Source of the DNA: Eledone cirrhosa
Taxonomy: Eukaryota
NCBI GenBank assembly: GCA_964016885.1
Contig: OZ024741.1
Location: 310,620,001-310,684,000 of the forward strand
Direction of reading: 5' to 3'
DNA: 64,000 bases
In this document: positions 24,194 to 39,239 of the stretch, in pieces
How the letters are laid out: every line of letters starts with the position of its first letter
Position numbering within the stretch: position 1 is the stretch's first letter
Position numbers and translations under genes: made by a program
Notes under the pieces: generated by a model
Database searches by the model: none
Told to the model about the DNA's origin: nothing
The model's input: only the letters and a program-made list of their open reading frames with translations

Positions 24194-24558
24194 AGGCGGT
24201 GGATTGGCAGTATCGGTAGAGGGTCGGACGCCATGCTTTCCAGCATAGTTACGTCCCTTTACGATCTGAGTTCAAATCCCGCCGAGGTTGACTTTGCCTT
24301 TCCTCCTTACGGGGTCGATAAAATAAAGTACCAGTAATGAACTGGGTAATTTGCTGGCCTTGTGCCTAAAGTAGAAACAAATATTTCTTTCTACTTTAGG
24401 CACAAGGCCAGCAATTATTCAGTGCATTACTGGTACTTTATTTTATCGACCCCGTAAGGATGAAAGGCAAAGTCAACCTCGGCGGGATTTGAACTCAGAT
24501 CGTAAAGGGACGTAACTATGCTGGAAAGCATGGCGTCCGACCCTCTACCGATACTGCT
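24194..24558. mobile_element. Two SINEs in inverted, tail-to-tail orientation (24194-24380 +, 24388-24558 -)
   Basis: Both have the B-box, core and tail; the arms are highly complementary. Confidence 0.9.
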
Positions 24559-24637
24559 AATATAAATGGTAAATCAGACAAAGCTGGAATTCCTTTTATT
24601 AATATAATCTTCTAAACACAATCATACACACCCGTGT

Positions 24638-24759
<122 letters not shown>

Positions 24760-24849
24760 AAGAAAGTGTGGTAAGAAACCAGGTGGACCATAACGCACCA
24801 GAGTACTCGGATCTAGCTGTCGATACTCAGCCAGCGAAGTGCTGACTCT

Positions 24850-24913
<64 letters not shown>

Positions 24914-25049
24914 GCGTGTGTGAGTGTATGTGTGTGTGTTTGCACATCTCATGCAGGTTCTGTTGACGGCACCTTCTGACATGTAAAGCAACGTTTCCCA
25001 ACATATGCGATATCACCCAATGGTAGGCGATTCCAACTATTGCACGTGC

Positions 25050-27516
25050 AGTGAGCAACCGAACAGAAAATAATAGGTAATTGGAAAGTTTTGTGGACGA
25101 TATGGGATTTTGAGTATGATGGTGTTATAACATATGTTACCCGAGAAAGATATTCAAAGGAGATGTACAAAGAACCCGTTTAACAAAACCGGACGCTATA
25201 AAAGAAACAAATTCCTAGATAAGATGTGAACAATCCAGCAAACAAGGGACATTTTAGTATTTTCTATAGTTCTAAGAATGTTCGCTAACATTCTCTTTCG
25301 ATGAAATATGTATTTTTTCGCATATAAATCAAGTAAGGGAAGACCAAGAATAACTTTTCGATTAAAATCATCAAATGACTTCAGAAGAATATTGCCAACG
25401 CCAGCACCGGGATCGCACATAAAATTGACACACGCGATGACCAGTAAGAACTATGACGACAGGTTGTTGACAAGGAAATGCGGACGATAATACTAGGCAA
25501 AATATGAGAATCCCAAGATGGTAACTACCCATAACTCAAACCGCATGCTGATATAAACAGACAGCCATTTGATGTTGTTGGATTGTATTGATCGGCAAAT
25601 GATTGAAACGCTCTTGTCTTCTTGTATTTGTGACAATGGTCTTCCAGTAACAATATAACTTATTGAACGAACATTTCTTTATCTATTGTTTCTCCAATTG
25701 TTTCAGTGTATTGTACAATTTTTAAACACCTCGATGTCGCTATTTAACAACATTTTTCGCCTATACATCATTATTATTTTATGGGTTTATGACTTCACCA
25801 CAGAGCAGTCAACCAAACTTTAACCAATGAAACCTTCACGCATAAAGTATCATATATATTCTAATCATGCCAACCAGGTGGAACAACCACATTTGTCATA
25901 TTTCTGCCAACTTAAGGCCTCATTCGAAAGCGTAAAATGTTGGAATTTCAGAAAGTAATTACGCAGCAAATAAAGTGACGTTTGCGTCGTACCACACAGC
26001 TTTACTGGCCCCAAATATCGGTACGACCCACACTTTATGCAAAACATTACTTCTATCTATTATTGAAGTTCTCTCGACTGTAATGCATAAAAAATCACAG
26101 GCATAATTATTAAGATATTTCCATTTAGTGATAAAAATTTCTCGTCGTAAAGGTGAATAACTATCAACGTCCAAAATACTTTAATCCATTATCTCCGGAG
26201 TTCTGAATTGTTCATACAATTTATCGAACCAACAGTTGTAAGAAATCAATGCTTGATTATAATGTATGTTCGTATTTTTAAACGAACATATTCAAACATT
26301 TGGGTAGATGCTGTTTAGCGATCAATTGTTGATTGACCCAAAGGCACGTCTAATTTAGATTTATTAAAGTTATTTTGCAATGAGCATAACATTCACTGAA
26401 CAATATTGCTGACTGTGCATTTGATGGAGGGGAGCGCATGTTTCAGTAGGTAAATATAGAAGTTTCTCTTCTCTCTTAAAACGTGGACTATGTCATCCTG
26501 TTTCAATAGTTAATTGTATGGTTCACAGGCAGTAATTTGAGGCAAAAATAACAACGGGAGGCTTTGCTGATGTCCTGCAGTTAGTCGATGAAACTGTGAC
26601 AAGCTAAAATCGAATTCTTTGTCTGAACGAAATTTCCGTCCACCCAGCCTTGATAATGATCATGAATACGTGAGGCTTTTGTACCATATTGAAGTACGAT
26701 GGTTGTCAAAAGGCAACTGTGTTGTCAGTTTTGTCGATCTTTTTGACATAACATATTTTAATACACTCCACTATACAGTTCCCTGATTAGTTCAAAATGT
26801 AATATTTTTTCGTTAGTGACTTATTCGCAAAAGTAAATGATCTCAATACCTTATTGCATGCAAAGTAAAACAAGCTTTTCAACTGTAAATCGCCTTCAAT
26901 GCTTTGATTTCTAAAATAACACTATATAAGTAAAATGTTTCGGGGTGATCAAGTCCATCAATTTCAACGATTGAACAGCTTAAAAGATGAATTGGTTGAT
27001 TAGGATGTCATTACATATCACAATTATTGCTACCATTGCATGATGACATGGTACACCCATTTCAGGATATTATCGCATTGTCAGTTCCAGTAATGGATAA
27101 CAACCCGTTTGAAGTTAGAGCAAAGACTATGTGCAGGACGAATTGATTTACAAAACGACAATGACGCCACAATCCGGTATCGGTTTTAGGGTAACCATGT
27201 CTTGTGGTATTATCAAAATATAGTGACATATTTTAAAAACCTAATAAAAGTTAATAAATACAGTTTTAGAAGGTCAAGTTTGCTTTCATTTGTTCTATAA
27301 TATGGTAATAGCAGCATCAGCAGCTGGATAAGTCAGCGTTATTTGTTACCCCACTGATATTTTTTATGACATTATAAAATGTCAGTTTACGAGCAACTAC
27401 CAAACTTTTACCAAACATTTTTGGTATACTTTCGAATATTTACGATACAGACGGGCAGTGAAAAAATCTTTCCATGTGAAAGTGGGTGATGACGTAACAA
27501 GTTTGGGAAGCCCTGC
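25050..27516 (+). mobile_element. Degenerate hAT transposon, copy B
   Basis: Paralog of 1-1403 (LLYHIEVRWLSKG at ~26675-26715); ends aagtttgggaagccctg; left boundary uncertain. Confidence 0.6.
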
Positions 27517-29361
27517 CGTAGAGCATATCAAGGACATTCAATGTTTAGTACCCCATTCCATGGTTGCAGTGCCAGCCCAAGGATTACTGCAATATATCCA
27601 TAGGTCATGGACCGATAGTTCGCAGAAAGAGAGCAGCTAGTTGATCCTCATTGACACATATAATCTCTCGAGAACGTCGTCGCTCTTTTCCGACACTAAT
27701 CCTGTACAGAAGGCCAAATTGGAGTTTCAAGAGAGCGCAGTGCCTATATTGGTAGCCAAACACTCCCTCTCGGTTTTGTTTCACCCAGGATTTCAGTATC
27801 GTCAAGGAGATGAGCAGGGGAAAGACGATCACACCTGCTCAGCGTCAAGGTAACACTGGGTATGGACCTACCTCCCCATGTGCCGAGACGGATGTAACCG
27901 ATGTTTTGCTGGTTAACCTCTGCTACAGTTACCGCCTTGCACACGCGTAGAGCGTTGCATAACACCCAGGTTCCGCGGGATGCTCATCGTTGCCTCCAAC
28001 TTTTGTAGTAATGGCGGAAAACTCAGTACGCGCAAAAGACGTGACAGAGAGTATCCCGTATGGACCGAGCTCATGATATGTAACGGCGCTGTACTTTGCA
28101 GGGATCTATCCTTCTTGTTTGGTTGCATTCTCAGCAGCGCTGCATCACCTCGACGTACAGAAATGTAATTCTGTCATTCTTTTACCAGTTAGTGTAGACA
28201 TCTGAAAAAAGTCGAATTGTGCATTTGTTGCCCCGTTGTACCACCGCAACTGGGCCAATCGGACGATTTTCGTAAATTCTAGGAGAATGTACACTAAATC
28301 AAACAAAACTCTATACTTGCTACACATTGAAGAGTTAGTTAAGACTCAGTCTCACTAGCAAGCAGTCATGATGCTTTCCTAAATACCCTAAAGTGCTTCC
28401 TGCCTAGTTCTCTCTTTATTTCTTTCGATTGCTTTTCCTTCACTACACCCGAAGGATTATATTGTAAACGTCATTTTGATGGGGAATCACCATTTGTTGT
28501 TGGCGATTGTGTCTGTCAACGCTTAACTAATTTTGCACTCCCGTCTGTGTAATCTTTGGGCCCCGGAAGTGATTTGTTCATTTTCCAGTCATCTGTGTAG
28601 TGGAGGACTTCCAATTTTTGAATGTTATCACTATCAACTACTCTACAGCCAATCTAGATACTCTATGAATGACTCGGTGTCATTTGAACAGGTCTACACC
28701 GGTACATCGATGAAATCCACTCGGTACTTGTCAGCTAGTTGGTAGTGACTGAGAAGGTTTTTGAGGCTTTTCTGGCCTCCTCCCCTGTGTGCTAGTCTAC
28801 ACAAGCACAGCATTCATTCAAAACCCATTCCAGTAGCTCATTAGCAATAAAAGAGGACCTTTCTTAGAAGGTTCTCCAGACGGTCCCCAAAATCTAGCCC
28901 AATTGTTTCATAGCTCTGACGGTCTCTAGCCCGAATGCATGTCCTTCGCTGTTGATCACGTCCAGCTGCATCGACTTAACGTCTGGCTCCAGGAAGGGGT
29001 TCATATCGTGAAATCCGAGGGATTTCAAAACAACATGGATATTCCCCTACCCTTTCTGGACATCTTGTGGAGATGTGTACGCCTCATAACGACTAGAAAT
29101 CCGTACTAAATCTTGTGGCCCGTACATTCTGATTAAGTCCATGTAAACTACGTCTATATTTAGCGAACTGAGGCCGTTGAACAGGTTACACTGTTTCGAA
29201 AGTGACCCCAGCATATATATTTCACATCACCTAATCTGAGTAAGGCTATGATTTAAGAAAAAAAAGAAAAGCGATAAAGAACACACACCTCTTTTTGCGT
29301 GCAAGGGTACCTTGTTCTTCCTTCGGGTAATGTCTTGCAAATCACCAAGTGTACGAAAGGG

Positions 29362-29535
29362 AGTGGATTGGCAGTATCGGTAGAGGGTCAGCAACCATGT
29401 TTTGTAGCATTTTTACTGTCTGTGTTCAAATCCCGCCGAGTTTAACTTTGCCTTTCCTCCTTACGGGGTCGATAAAATTAAGTACCAGTAATGTACTGAG
29501 ATAATTGCTCGCCTTGTGTTTAAAGTAGAAACAAT
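29362..29535 (+). mobile_element. SINE (paralog of 3450-3624)
   Basis: gttcaaatcccgccgag..ggggtcgataaaattaagtaccagt. Confidence 0.85.
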
Positions 29536-30242
29536 TAGTTATATAATCTGTATTAGTATAGCGACATTGGCGTTGTGGAATTGACTTGTTCGATGTTTGT
29601 ATGTAGTTGTATGTTCTTCATTAAGTCCGCTTTCTTTGAGCTTATGGTCATGAGATGTGTAACCTTACTTTTTGTTAGGTTTGGTTTTGCTTTTTGCTAT
29701 TGTATTTTGTAAATTTAGCTGAGTTTACGGTAGTGGTGAATTTTTTGGTGTCTGTGGCCGTGGTGAGGCTGGATTAACTTCTGTGAATTCTTTACACCTA
29801 TGGCCTTTTCTCTTGTCCACGTTGTCTGTAATTGAGTATTCATCATCATATTTTAATCTTTCGTCTTATTAGTTTGATTATAGTTGTACATCTCTAAGGT
29901 TTCTCAGACTAGTCGCACACCATGTATTTTAGGAGAAGAAGGTGACTATTATCCTTTAAGTGCGTCCATGCAGCTCAAATGAGGCAGTTGGCTTTTCCGA
30001 TTTCCATTCCTATGGTACTCTTTTTTGGCGTGTTGAATGTGGATTTTCATGCTCATCCTAGTCCTGTCCTCCTTTTCAGTTTGATACACTTTGATGATTC
30101 CCATGTCCTCCAATGTGTCTACCTTGACGACTGCTATTAGTTATGGTATGGCTATTTGTCCGACATACAGTTGAAAAACATCCACCACACTATACAGCCG
30201 AGACACTAAAAGCCACGAATAAGAAACAATAAAAGCGCTCCG

Positions 30243-31505
30243 TGCTACACCCACGCATCTCTCCTCGCTGACCTCGATACTTGTATCTGAGCAACAGCCG
30301 AGAAGATATGCAATGTCAGGTTTGACGTCATTGGATGGCAACAGGCCACTTTACCCGTTAGGTATGGCGGCCTTGGCCACCGGTCCCCGATCTCATTGGC
30401 TTTGCCGGCGTTTCTTTCGTCGGTAACCTCATGCCGCGTCCTCGTCAGCAAGGTTTTCCAAAACACAATTGAACCCTCTGTGTTCAGGGAACGTGAAGCC
30501 GCCGGTGAGACGTGGGACCGGCTGGGACTTAGCCCAGTAGACGTCTCACCTCCGTCTACCCCTGCTGACGTCAAGTCCCCCAATGCATTTGCGATGCCAT
30601 CCAGTGCAGCCCGGCTTCAGAGAGGTTCACGCACCAGCTCGACGAACACCGCCTTGCCTGTTTTCGTGCGGCCTCCAAAACCCACAGTGGTGCCTGGCTC
30701 CAGGCCCTGCCCCCTTCTCCACTGGCACGCAGCCAGATAACAATAGCCCGCTCATCGGCGTTTCCTTGAGGCTCGGCCTTCGGATCTGCGAGCCACACCA
30801 ATGTCGCTGTTGATCCACCAGACTCTTTTGGCCTCCACCCGCTCTCCTGTCGCGACAGTGCCGGCCTCCTTCAACGTCATGCTGCCCTCATAAAGCATGG
30901 CTTGGACGCTGTCGGCTTCCCTTCCCAGCTTGAGCCGGTGGGGATCGACCGAGGGTACAGCAAAATGCCAGATGACATGACCATCTTCCCGTTCCGCGGT
31001 GGCAAACCCCTCGTCTGGGATGCCACTTACACAGACACTTTCTCCAGTCGCAACCTGGTGCAGTCTGCGACTAAGCCAGGTTCTGCTGCACGTCGGGCTG
31101 AGGAGGCCAAACTGTTCAAATACCGGTCGCTCTCCGACAGGTTTGCGGTTTTACCCTTGGCAGTGGAGACATCTGGTGTCCTCGGCCCTAGGGCTACTTC
31201 CCTACTCACCACCATAGGCGCTGAGCTGACCAACCTCAGGTGTGAGCCCTGCGAGTTGGAATGGCTTTTCCAGCGCGTTTCCCTTGCCGTCCTCCGGGGA
31301 AACGCCTTCTCTATTCTGTCCGCCGGGGCGTTGAGGAGGCCACCAATATGATTGACTGACTTGTCATTTCATCAGTCAGATTTTTTTAGACCCCGGTACT
31401 GAATAGGAACCAAGTTGGCCAAGGACCCACAAAGTCTACAGGTCACCTTCACCCAAGTCACTGTTGACAGTTTTTAGATGATTACATATCAGAAGAATTA
31501 CGAGC
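30243..31505 (+). mobile_element. 3' fragment of CRE-like non-LTR retrotransposon (restriction-like endonuclease)
   Basis: WQQATLPVRYGGLG, LRLGLRIC..HQC.C and PDDMTIFPFRGGKPLVWDATYTDT..PLAVETSG; absent from copy A. Confidence 0.8.
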
Positions 31506-32971
31506 TCGACTCTAACAATAGAAATCATTCATCATCTATATCACATGTAAGTAGCAAACAATTCTGCAAATAAAGAGAAAAGTTGTAGTTATATACAAAG
31601 AGACTATCCTAGTAAAAAGAAGGATATTTTAAGGGGACACCCACTCATCACTTCTCTTCTATCTAGCACTGAAACTAATAACTGAGATACTGAACAAGAC
31701 TAGACACGAATATAAATGGTAGGGTAAGACAAATATAAATCATTGTAAATGGAAAATCTAAAGCTGCATGCTGCAAACAGAAGTAACTTGAAACACTGGT
31801 GGAAAGACTACATAGATTCACAAAGGGATTAAGCAGAACTTGAGAGAGCGAACATAATCTTTGATGTCCCAATAAGCACAGACGTTAAGATCAAAGACAA
31901 CTGATCCGATAATATAGGGAAAAGACACAAAGAAAGAGTATTGCCTACTAACTAACGGATATATATATAAGTAGAAAACAAATTACTGGGATAGCCTTGG
32001 TAAATTGAATGTTCCCGAAATACGCCGACTTGTTCGTCAGCTACATCGAAGCTCAAATTTTCTCCCAGTATACTGCACCTACCCCTGAGCTATACGGCCG
32101 TTACATCGAGTATTCTATCGGCGCCACTTCTTTCTCCCACGAACAGCTTGACTCCTCTTTTTCTTTTGTCCAGTCTTTCCAACCCACCCTTACCTCCATT
32201 ATCTTCTTAACTAGGTTTAACTAGGTATTCATAGCAAGGACAGAGGGAGTAAAACAATTGCTCATGTTCTTCGTCGCGAAGATCAGTTGAAGGAAGTATA
32301 TCGGATTACAAGAGAGTGTGCTAGAGAAAATCGTGAAATGGTCGAAATGGCAGTGGAACACTTACCCTATCTTATACCGAAAAGTTGGAGACATAGAGTA
32401 CTTATTATGAGAGAAATAGAGTACTTACTATGAGAGACATAGAGTACTTACTTTGAACGAAGAGAATAAATAGGACAGGAAGGGCCTACCACATGTAGAT
32501 CTGACTAAGGGATCAGCAAAGAAGTTGACAGCAGTGAGATAGATAAACCAATTAAAGACATGAAGGTAGTGAAGGCCACTGGACCATCTGGTATATTTGT
32601 TGAGAGGCTAAAAGCACCCTGCATTGTAGGATATGTGCTAGACGGACATATAGTTAATCAAGTAGTACAAGAAAGGTGTCATACCCAATAACTGCAGCAG
32701 CAAAGTTATTGTCATCTTCTACAAGGAAAATGAAGATGCACTAGAGAAAATAAGTACGGAAGTATCAAATTGATGGACTATGTCATGAAATTTGATGAAA
32801 ATGTTATAGCATGATTAATTCGGGAGATAATCAAAGTAGATATGATGCTGTTTGGATTTATGCTAGGCAGGACTACCACTGGATAAATGGTGCTAATTGG
32901 AAACCATTCAATGTGGGAGTCGGACTCTGCCAAGGATGCGTCTTTCACATATCGTGTTCATTATTTGTATA

Positions 32972-33145
32972 AGTATCGGTAGAGGGTCGGACGCCATGCT
33001 TTGAAGCATAGAGTTACCTCCCTGTATGATCTGAGTTCAAATCCCGCCGAGGTTAACTTTGCCTTTTATCCTTACGGGGTCGATAAAATAAAGTACCAGT
33101 AATGCACTGGGTAATTTTCTGGCCTTGTGCCAAAAGTAGAAACAA
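32972..33145 (+). mobile_element. SINE
   Basis: Same family motifs as the other SINE copies. Confidence 0.85.
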
Positions 33146-36100
33146 TTATTTACATGAAAATGATTAACATGCGCAGTCGGGCTGGAAGTTGTATCACGAC
33201 TGGCAAGTGTAAAATCAGTCGGCTAGAATTTTCAGACGACTCGGTATTCCTTAACTCGGGAGAAGGTAATTACCGAATTGCACTCTGTAGGTTTGATGTC
33301 GAATCCTGCAGGGCTGGAATGTAAATCAAGGAATCCTGCTCCGTGCAATCTATATATGAATGGAGTTCCACTGAAACAGGTGGAGAAATTCAAGTATCTC
33401 GGGGCCATGTTCACAAATGATGGAACGCATGAGGCTGAATTAAGTGCAAGAATTGCACGAACTGGTGCTGTAATGGGCCCGCTTCAGCTGTTATTATTCA
33501 TAAGAAGAGATGTAGGTGAAAAATCCAAACTAGTTACCTTCAGTACGGTATTCGTGTCAACACTCATTGTGGTCATGAATCTTGGGTAATGACCAAAAGA
33601 ATACGATCGTGAATGCAAGCGTCAGAAATGGTGTTCCTCCAAAGGGTATATAGAGTAACGTTACTCAGTAGCGTGTTTAGCTTGGAGATCAGGTCTCCCT
33701 CCAGGGAGAGTCGCTACTTCTCAGAATTGAGAGATTATCGATACGATGCAATATGCAATTGTTTAGAACGTCTCGGGAAAAAATCGCTAGAAAGATTTTA
33801 GTGGTAAACGCAACCGGAAGGAAGCCCAGAGAAAGAGACCGCGCAAGATGGTTGGATAACATCCATGAGCTCATCTGGTCTAGATTGGGGATCCAGTCGG
33901 ATCATTTGGAGACAGTTGCTTCTGACAAACCCACTGGAATGGATGGTTGAAGTCTCTTCCCCCACCCACTACCATTTTAGGAAGAAGAAGAAGAAGAAGA
34001 AGAAGAAGAAGAAGAAGAAGAAGAAGAAGAAGAAGAAGAAGAAGAAGAAGAAGAAGAAGGAGGAGAGTGCCATTGATTCCCCCTTTATAGTGCGACAACT
34101 GCTTGAGAGGTACTTAACAAAGTGTAAGCCATTGTATCTGGATTTTGTAGATAGGGAGAATACCTTTGAGAAGGTCCCATTCTCTGTAATATGGTGGACA
34201 CTTAGGAAGCTAGATGTAGATGAATGTCTTGTGAGAGCTGTGTGGGTCCTGTATAAAAAATCTGGAAGCCAGTAGAGTGAAGAAGTGCAGCTCGATGTCC
34301 ACCGGGGCTCAGTCCTTAGTCCACTACTATTTATTACTGTTCTTCACTGAGTATTTCAAAACTGGTACTCCGTGGGCGTTCCTATATGCTGATGACCTCT
34401 TACTTAAAATTATTCCGTAGGAAATTAAGGGACAAAACTTCAAACATGGAAGAACCTAGAGTTGAAATGCTTAAAACTAATTGCATCAAAGGCAAAAGGG
34501 CTAAGTACGAAAGAGGACAAGAAGACAATCAGGGAAATGGCTGTGTTCGATATGCCAGAAAAAAAGTAGGGGGGGGGGGCAGGAGTTCTATAAGAGGCAC
34601 AGAGTGCAATCGATGGACTCATAAGGGATGTGGCTGATGCACAGAAGGAGAGACCCTAAGAACTTACGCGAAGGAGATTCCTTTAGCTTCCAGGGAAGCT
34701 CCTTACAAATTTTCAACAGCTTTTGTTACTTAGGCGATCGAAATCACAAGTCTGGAGCATACACTTAAAGTGTGACAACCAGGATCAGAACAGGTTGGAA
34801 GAAGTTTAGAGAGCTGATACCTCTGCTAACAACAAATATTTTCTCGCTCAGAGTGAAGAGTAGACAGTAGGATGCAGAGGGCAATGCTAAATGGCTGGGA
34901 AACATGGGCCTTAACTACAGAAGACCGCCGAAGGCTGGAGAGAAATGACGACAGTATGCTCTGATGAATGTGTAATGCTAATGTGCATGGACGACGCAGA
35001 AGTGAACTGAGAAGAAAACATTATACAAGAGGATTTGAAAGTAATGTGAAAAGGAGAGAAGATTACTCTGGTATGGATATGTGATGCATATGGAAGATAG
35101 CAGCTGAACAAAGAAATGCAGAGCAATCGCAGTGGCTGGAACACGAGGAAAAGGCAGACCAAAAAAATTGTGATGACAAAGGATCAAATGGGCTGGCGCT
35201 ATCCTGTGTTAATGAAGACCCGACCAGGATCATAAAATATGACCTGACCCATCCATGAACTACCTCCTCTCTCCTACTATACTCCCCCTATCTGTCCACC
35301 CCAATGAGGCACCACTACTCATACACCCTCGAGGACCATTCACACACTAAACACCTTAGATATCCTCACCATTAGCCAATACTAGTTGCTTTCTTTCCCC
35401 ATTGTTCACTCCCCCCCCCTACTAGCAAACCTTATCCCTCACTATCCCTTACCCATTTCTCTAACACCACCCCAATCTCTATCGACCACATTCTTCGCTA
35501 CATCTCCCTCCCCGTACACTAATCAGCTATTCCGAACTCTTACTCATCCCTAACCCCGCTTCCTATCTCTCCATCACGCCCCATATCACCACCATGTTGA
35601 CCACATCCCTCACACCACTACACCCCATACACTAATCAGCAACTCCTACCCTTTACTCATTGGCCTGCCAAATACATCCCCAAACATACCTATAAACTCA
35701 TTATTATCTCCCTCCCTTATTGACCCTTCTCCGGATTTGAGAGGGTTCAGCAGTTGGATTTATGGTCAACATTCCCAGAGTGGTTGGTGAGAGGAAGTTC
35801 ACCTGCTGTAGATTCCATACATAAAAGAATTGAGATAACCCTTTAGTTCTTTTAAGAACACAACTTCCTTAGTTCTGGTGATCTACACAATAAAAGCAAT
35901 CAGTACACGCTGCAAAGCAGTTGGTGTTAGGACAGGGATACGGTCCTAGAAAGTTTACTAAATAAAGGGTGAGTAGGACCCTTCAGTTTGTGTCAAAAAA
36001 CAACTTCTCGATATGACCTTAGCCTGTCTGGTAGGTCAATAGCTACGCTTCAGTAGTAATTTATTCGATGTAATCCGGCCCAACACATGCATGCAGATGA

Positions 36101-36837
36101 AAGCGGACGTGAAATGATGATAATGATGACATATACCTATGTATACACACACACTCACACAGAACCCCCCCCCCCCCCCCCCACATACATACATACATGC
36201 ATACATAGTCTACAAATCGCTGCGATAGTTTACAAATGGCTGCGATAGCTGGCACCTTCAAAACTTGCAAAACATTCTTGCTATTCAAGGGATGACAATT
36301 TCTTTGCTTTTACAACCTTGCTACCAGGAAGGTGGCCGGTCAAAAAAATATACTCGAAATTAAGAGAAAGAGATAACATACATACATACATACATACATG
36401 CATTGTGGCTGCCAACTCGTTTTCGAGTACGGCCACTACTTTATATCCATGTAGGAGAACCCCTACCGATGCGCTGAACGAGTGTGGCTATTTAGTCCAG
36501 CCAGCGACTTGAAAACTCTGTTACCAACACTACACTTGTGACAATTATTGACACATAGTGCTGGGCCCATGGTACCATGTGACGACAAGTGCAGAGCGAT
36601 CTCCAGATATAAAGCAATGCCTGTGCCGTGAAGATTTTATAGTGAGCAAAGGCACTGCGCAAAGCCAGTCCCACTGTCTTAACCATGATGATATTTACCA
36701 AAAAGAAGAACAAGTCAACATCATTGGATACCATCAGGGTTGCAGGTGTTATATCAGAGTTTTCCTTCTCCTAGATTTCTGCCTTGACAAAGGCTAAGGG
36801 GTCATCTCTCCTGGTGATTTTGGATGGCCATTGACTC

Positions 36838-36868
<31 letters not shown>

Positions 36869-37072
36869 CATACATACATACATACATACATACATACTGA
36901 CTACTACGGGTATTAACTTCACGCCAACTATCATTGTGGACTGCTACTGTTAGGTTGCAGGATCAGGTGCCAACATAAGAGTATTAATGAAAAGGAGACA
37001 AATATTTGTGGACAGACAAGTAATTAAAGTATTCAATAAGTGAATAAGATAACAAATGAGTTATTATATTAC

Positions 37073-37136
37073 CAGCTGTTAAATATGACTGCCATGTTAA
37101 TAATATGATAAATCCAGCAATAGAAAGGGTCAACAT
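37073..37136 (-). CDS. Host gene first coding exon (signal peptide), copy B
   Basis: MLTLSIAGFIILLTWQSYLTA plus 1 nt, donor gtaata; phase matches the EGF exon. Confidence 0.65.
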
Positions 37137-37959
37137 TGCAAGCCGAGTTAAATTATAAATCGAAAGTGAGGAAAACTCAGCTGTTTTACATTAGCTGAAA
37201 ATTTTATCGGAGTGGCGTTTGTCACGACGTTGCTAACGGAATTATCGTTAGCGTTCAGTGTCACGAGACGGCGTGTGCACCCTTTGTGCAAAACTTCAGT
37301 AGATTACTCATGTTCTATTTCACTATATAATTTGTTTACGAGGCGATAACTGTTTTAGATTTAGTGTTATACATATATTCATTTATTTATTGATACAGAA
37401 AAGGAAGCGAAATAACTCTGTCATTTTCAGTTCTGTCGTAGTAGACGAAACCGAAAGGAAGAGATGTATTTTTCAGACATGCCCCGACTAGATCCAAACG
37501 ACTTATGTCTGGTAAAGGCGAACAAATATTAAATGGTGATTTTAAACTATACATAATGACAATCTTTTATGTTTCAGGGAACGGTTTTTATTATTGGACG
37601 TACAAGTGTGAAGACGTTACAAGTTTGCGGGAGAAAAGGTTCGTAATTTGAAGCTGTTTTAAAGTATTATTTTGCGTATTTTCTTGTCGATCACGGAGCA
37701 TAAGTTTCCAAAGAGAGGAGACCTCTCAATATTCGGGCTTTAAGCCCGAATATTCGGATTTATTTAAAAGATCACCCCGCCAAAATCATGGAGAATTCCG
37801 ACCTTCAAACGGTAAACAACTTACAGGTCAAAAGGTCAAAACCAGCCACTACAGCTCCCATTACTCCGAAAACTCGGCATCCATTGGCAATCACCTATGA
37901 TGACAGCTTCCAAACAAAACACTATTTTCTTCCTTAAATCCTTGAAATATATCATATTT

Positions 37960-39235
37960 GACTGGGTGATGTCTAAAAAACATCTAACTGATGAAATAAG
38001 TCAGTCAATCATATTTGTGGCCTCCCCACAGTCCCGGCGGACAGAATAGAGAAGGCGTTTCTCGGAGAACGGCAAGGCAAACGCGCTGGAAAAGCCATTC
38101 CAGCTCGCGAGGGTCACAACTGCGGCTGGCCAGCTCAGCGCCTATGGTGGTGAGAAGAGAGGTAGCCTATGGCTGAGGACACCAGAAGTATCCACTGTCA
38201 AAAGTACAACCGCAAACCTGTCGGTATTTGAAGGGTTTGGCCTCCCCATCCCGACGTGCAGCAGAACCAGCGTTAGTCGCAGATTACACCAGGTTGCGGC
38301 TGGAGAAAGTGTCGGTGTAAGTGGAATCCCAGACGAGGGGTTTGCCACCACGGAACGAGAAGATGGTTATGCCAACTGGACTTTTGCCGTCCCCTTGGTC
38401 CAGCCCCACCGGCTCGAACTTGGAATGGAAGCCTGCAGTGTCCAAGCCATGCCTTAGACCTCGTTGAGGGCAGCATGGCGTGGAATGCGGACGGCACTGC
38501 GGCGACAGGAAAACGAGTGGAGATCGAAAGAATCCACTGGGGATCCAAGCGACATTGGTGTGGCTCACACATCCGGATGCAAGCCTCAAGGAAACGCCGA
38601 TGCGCAGGCTATTGTTATCTAGCTGCGTGCCAGTGGAGAAGGAGGGCAAGGCATGGAGCCAGGCACCACTGCGGGGTTTGGAAGCCGCACGGAAGCAGGA
38701 AAGGCGGTGCTGGTCGAGCTGGCTCGTGAGCCTGTCTGAAGCCAGGCTGCACTGGATGGCATCCAAAATGCTTCGGGCGGACTTGACGCCAGAAGGAGTG
38801 GAGGAGGAGGGACGTTTACTGGATTAAGTCCCAGCCGGTCCCACGTCTCACAGGCAGCCTCACGTTCCCTGATCACAGAAGGTTCCATTGTGTTTTGGAG
38901 AACCCTGCTGACGAGGACGTGGCATGAGGTTACCGACGAAAGAAACGCCGGCAAAGCCAGAAATATCGGGGACCGGAGTCCAAGGCCGCCATACCTGTCA
39001 GGTAAAGTGGCCAGTTGCCATCCAATGTCATCAAACCTGACGATGCATATCTCCTCGGCTGCTGCTCGAATACAAGTATCGAGGTCAGCGAGGAGAGATG
39101 CGTGGGTGTAGCTCGTGAGGGTCTGAAATTGTTTGAGCCTGGACCTGATGTTGGAGCGGATCGGTGACCCGAGGATGAGGACATCCGCTTTGGGGATCAC
39201 CTGTACCTGGTGGAGAATGGACCGTACCTCCGAGA
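37960..39235 (-). mobile_element. Second CRE-like 3' fragment
   Basis: Homologous to 30243-31390; WQLATLPDRYGGLGLR, SGAWLHALP, GGKPLVWDSTYTDT. Confidence 0.8.
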
Positions 39236-39239
39236 CGGA

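Larger units (their letters stand above)
26086..37860 (+). repeat. Segmental duplication copy B
   Basis: Colinear with 1-8935 plus 19690-20880. Confidence 0.95.
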
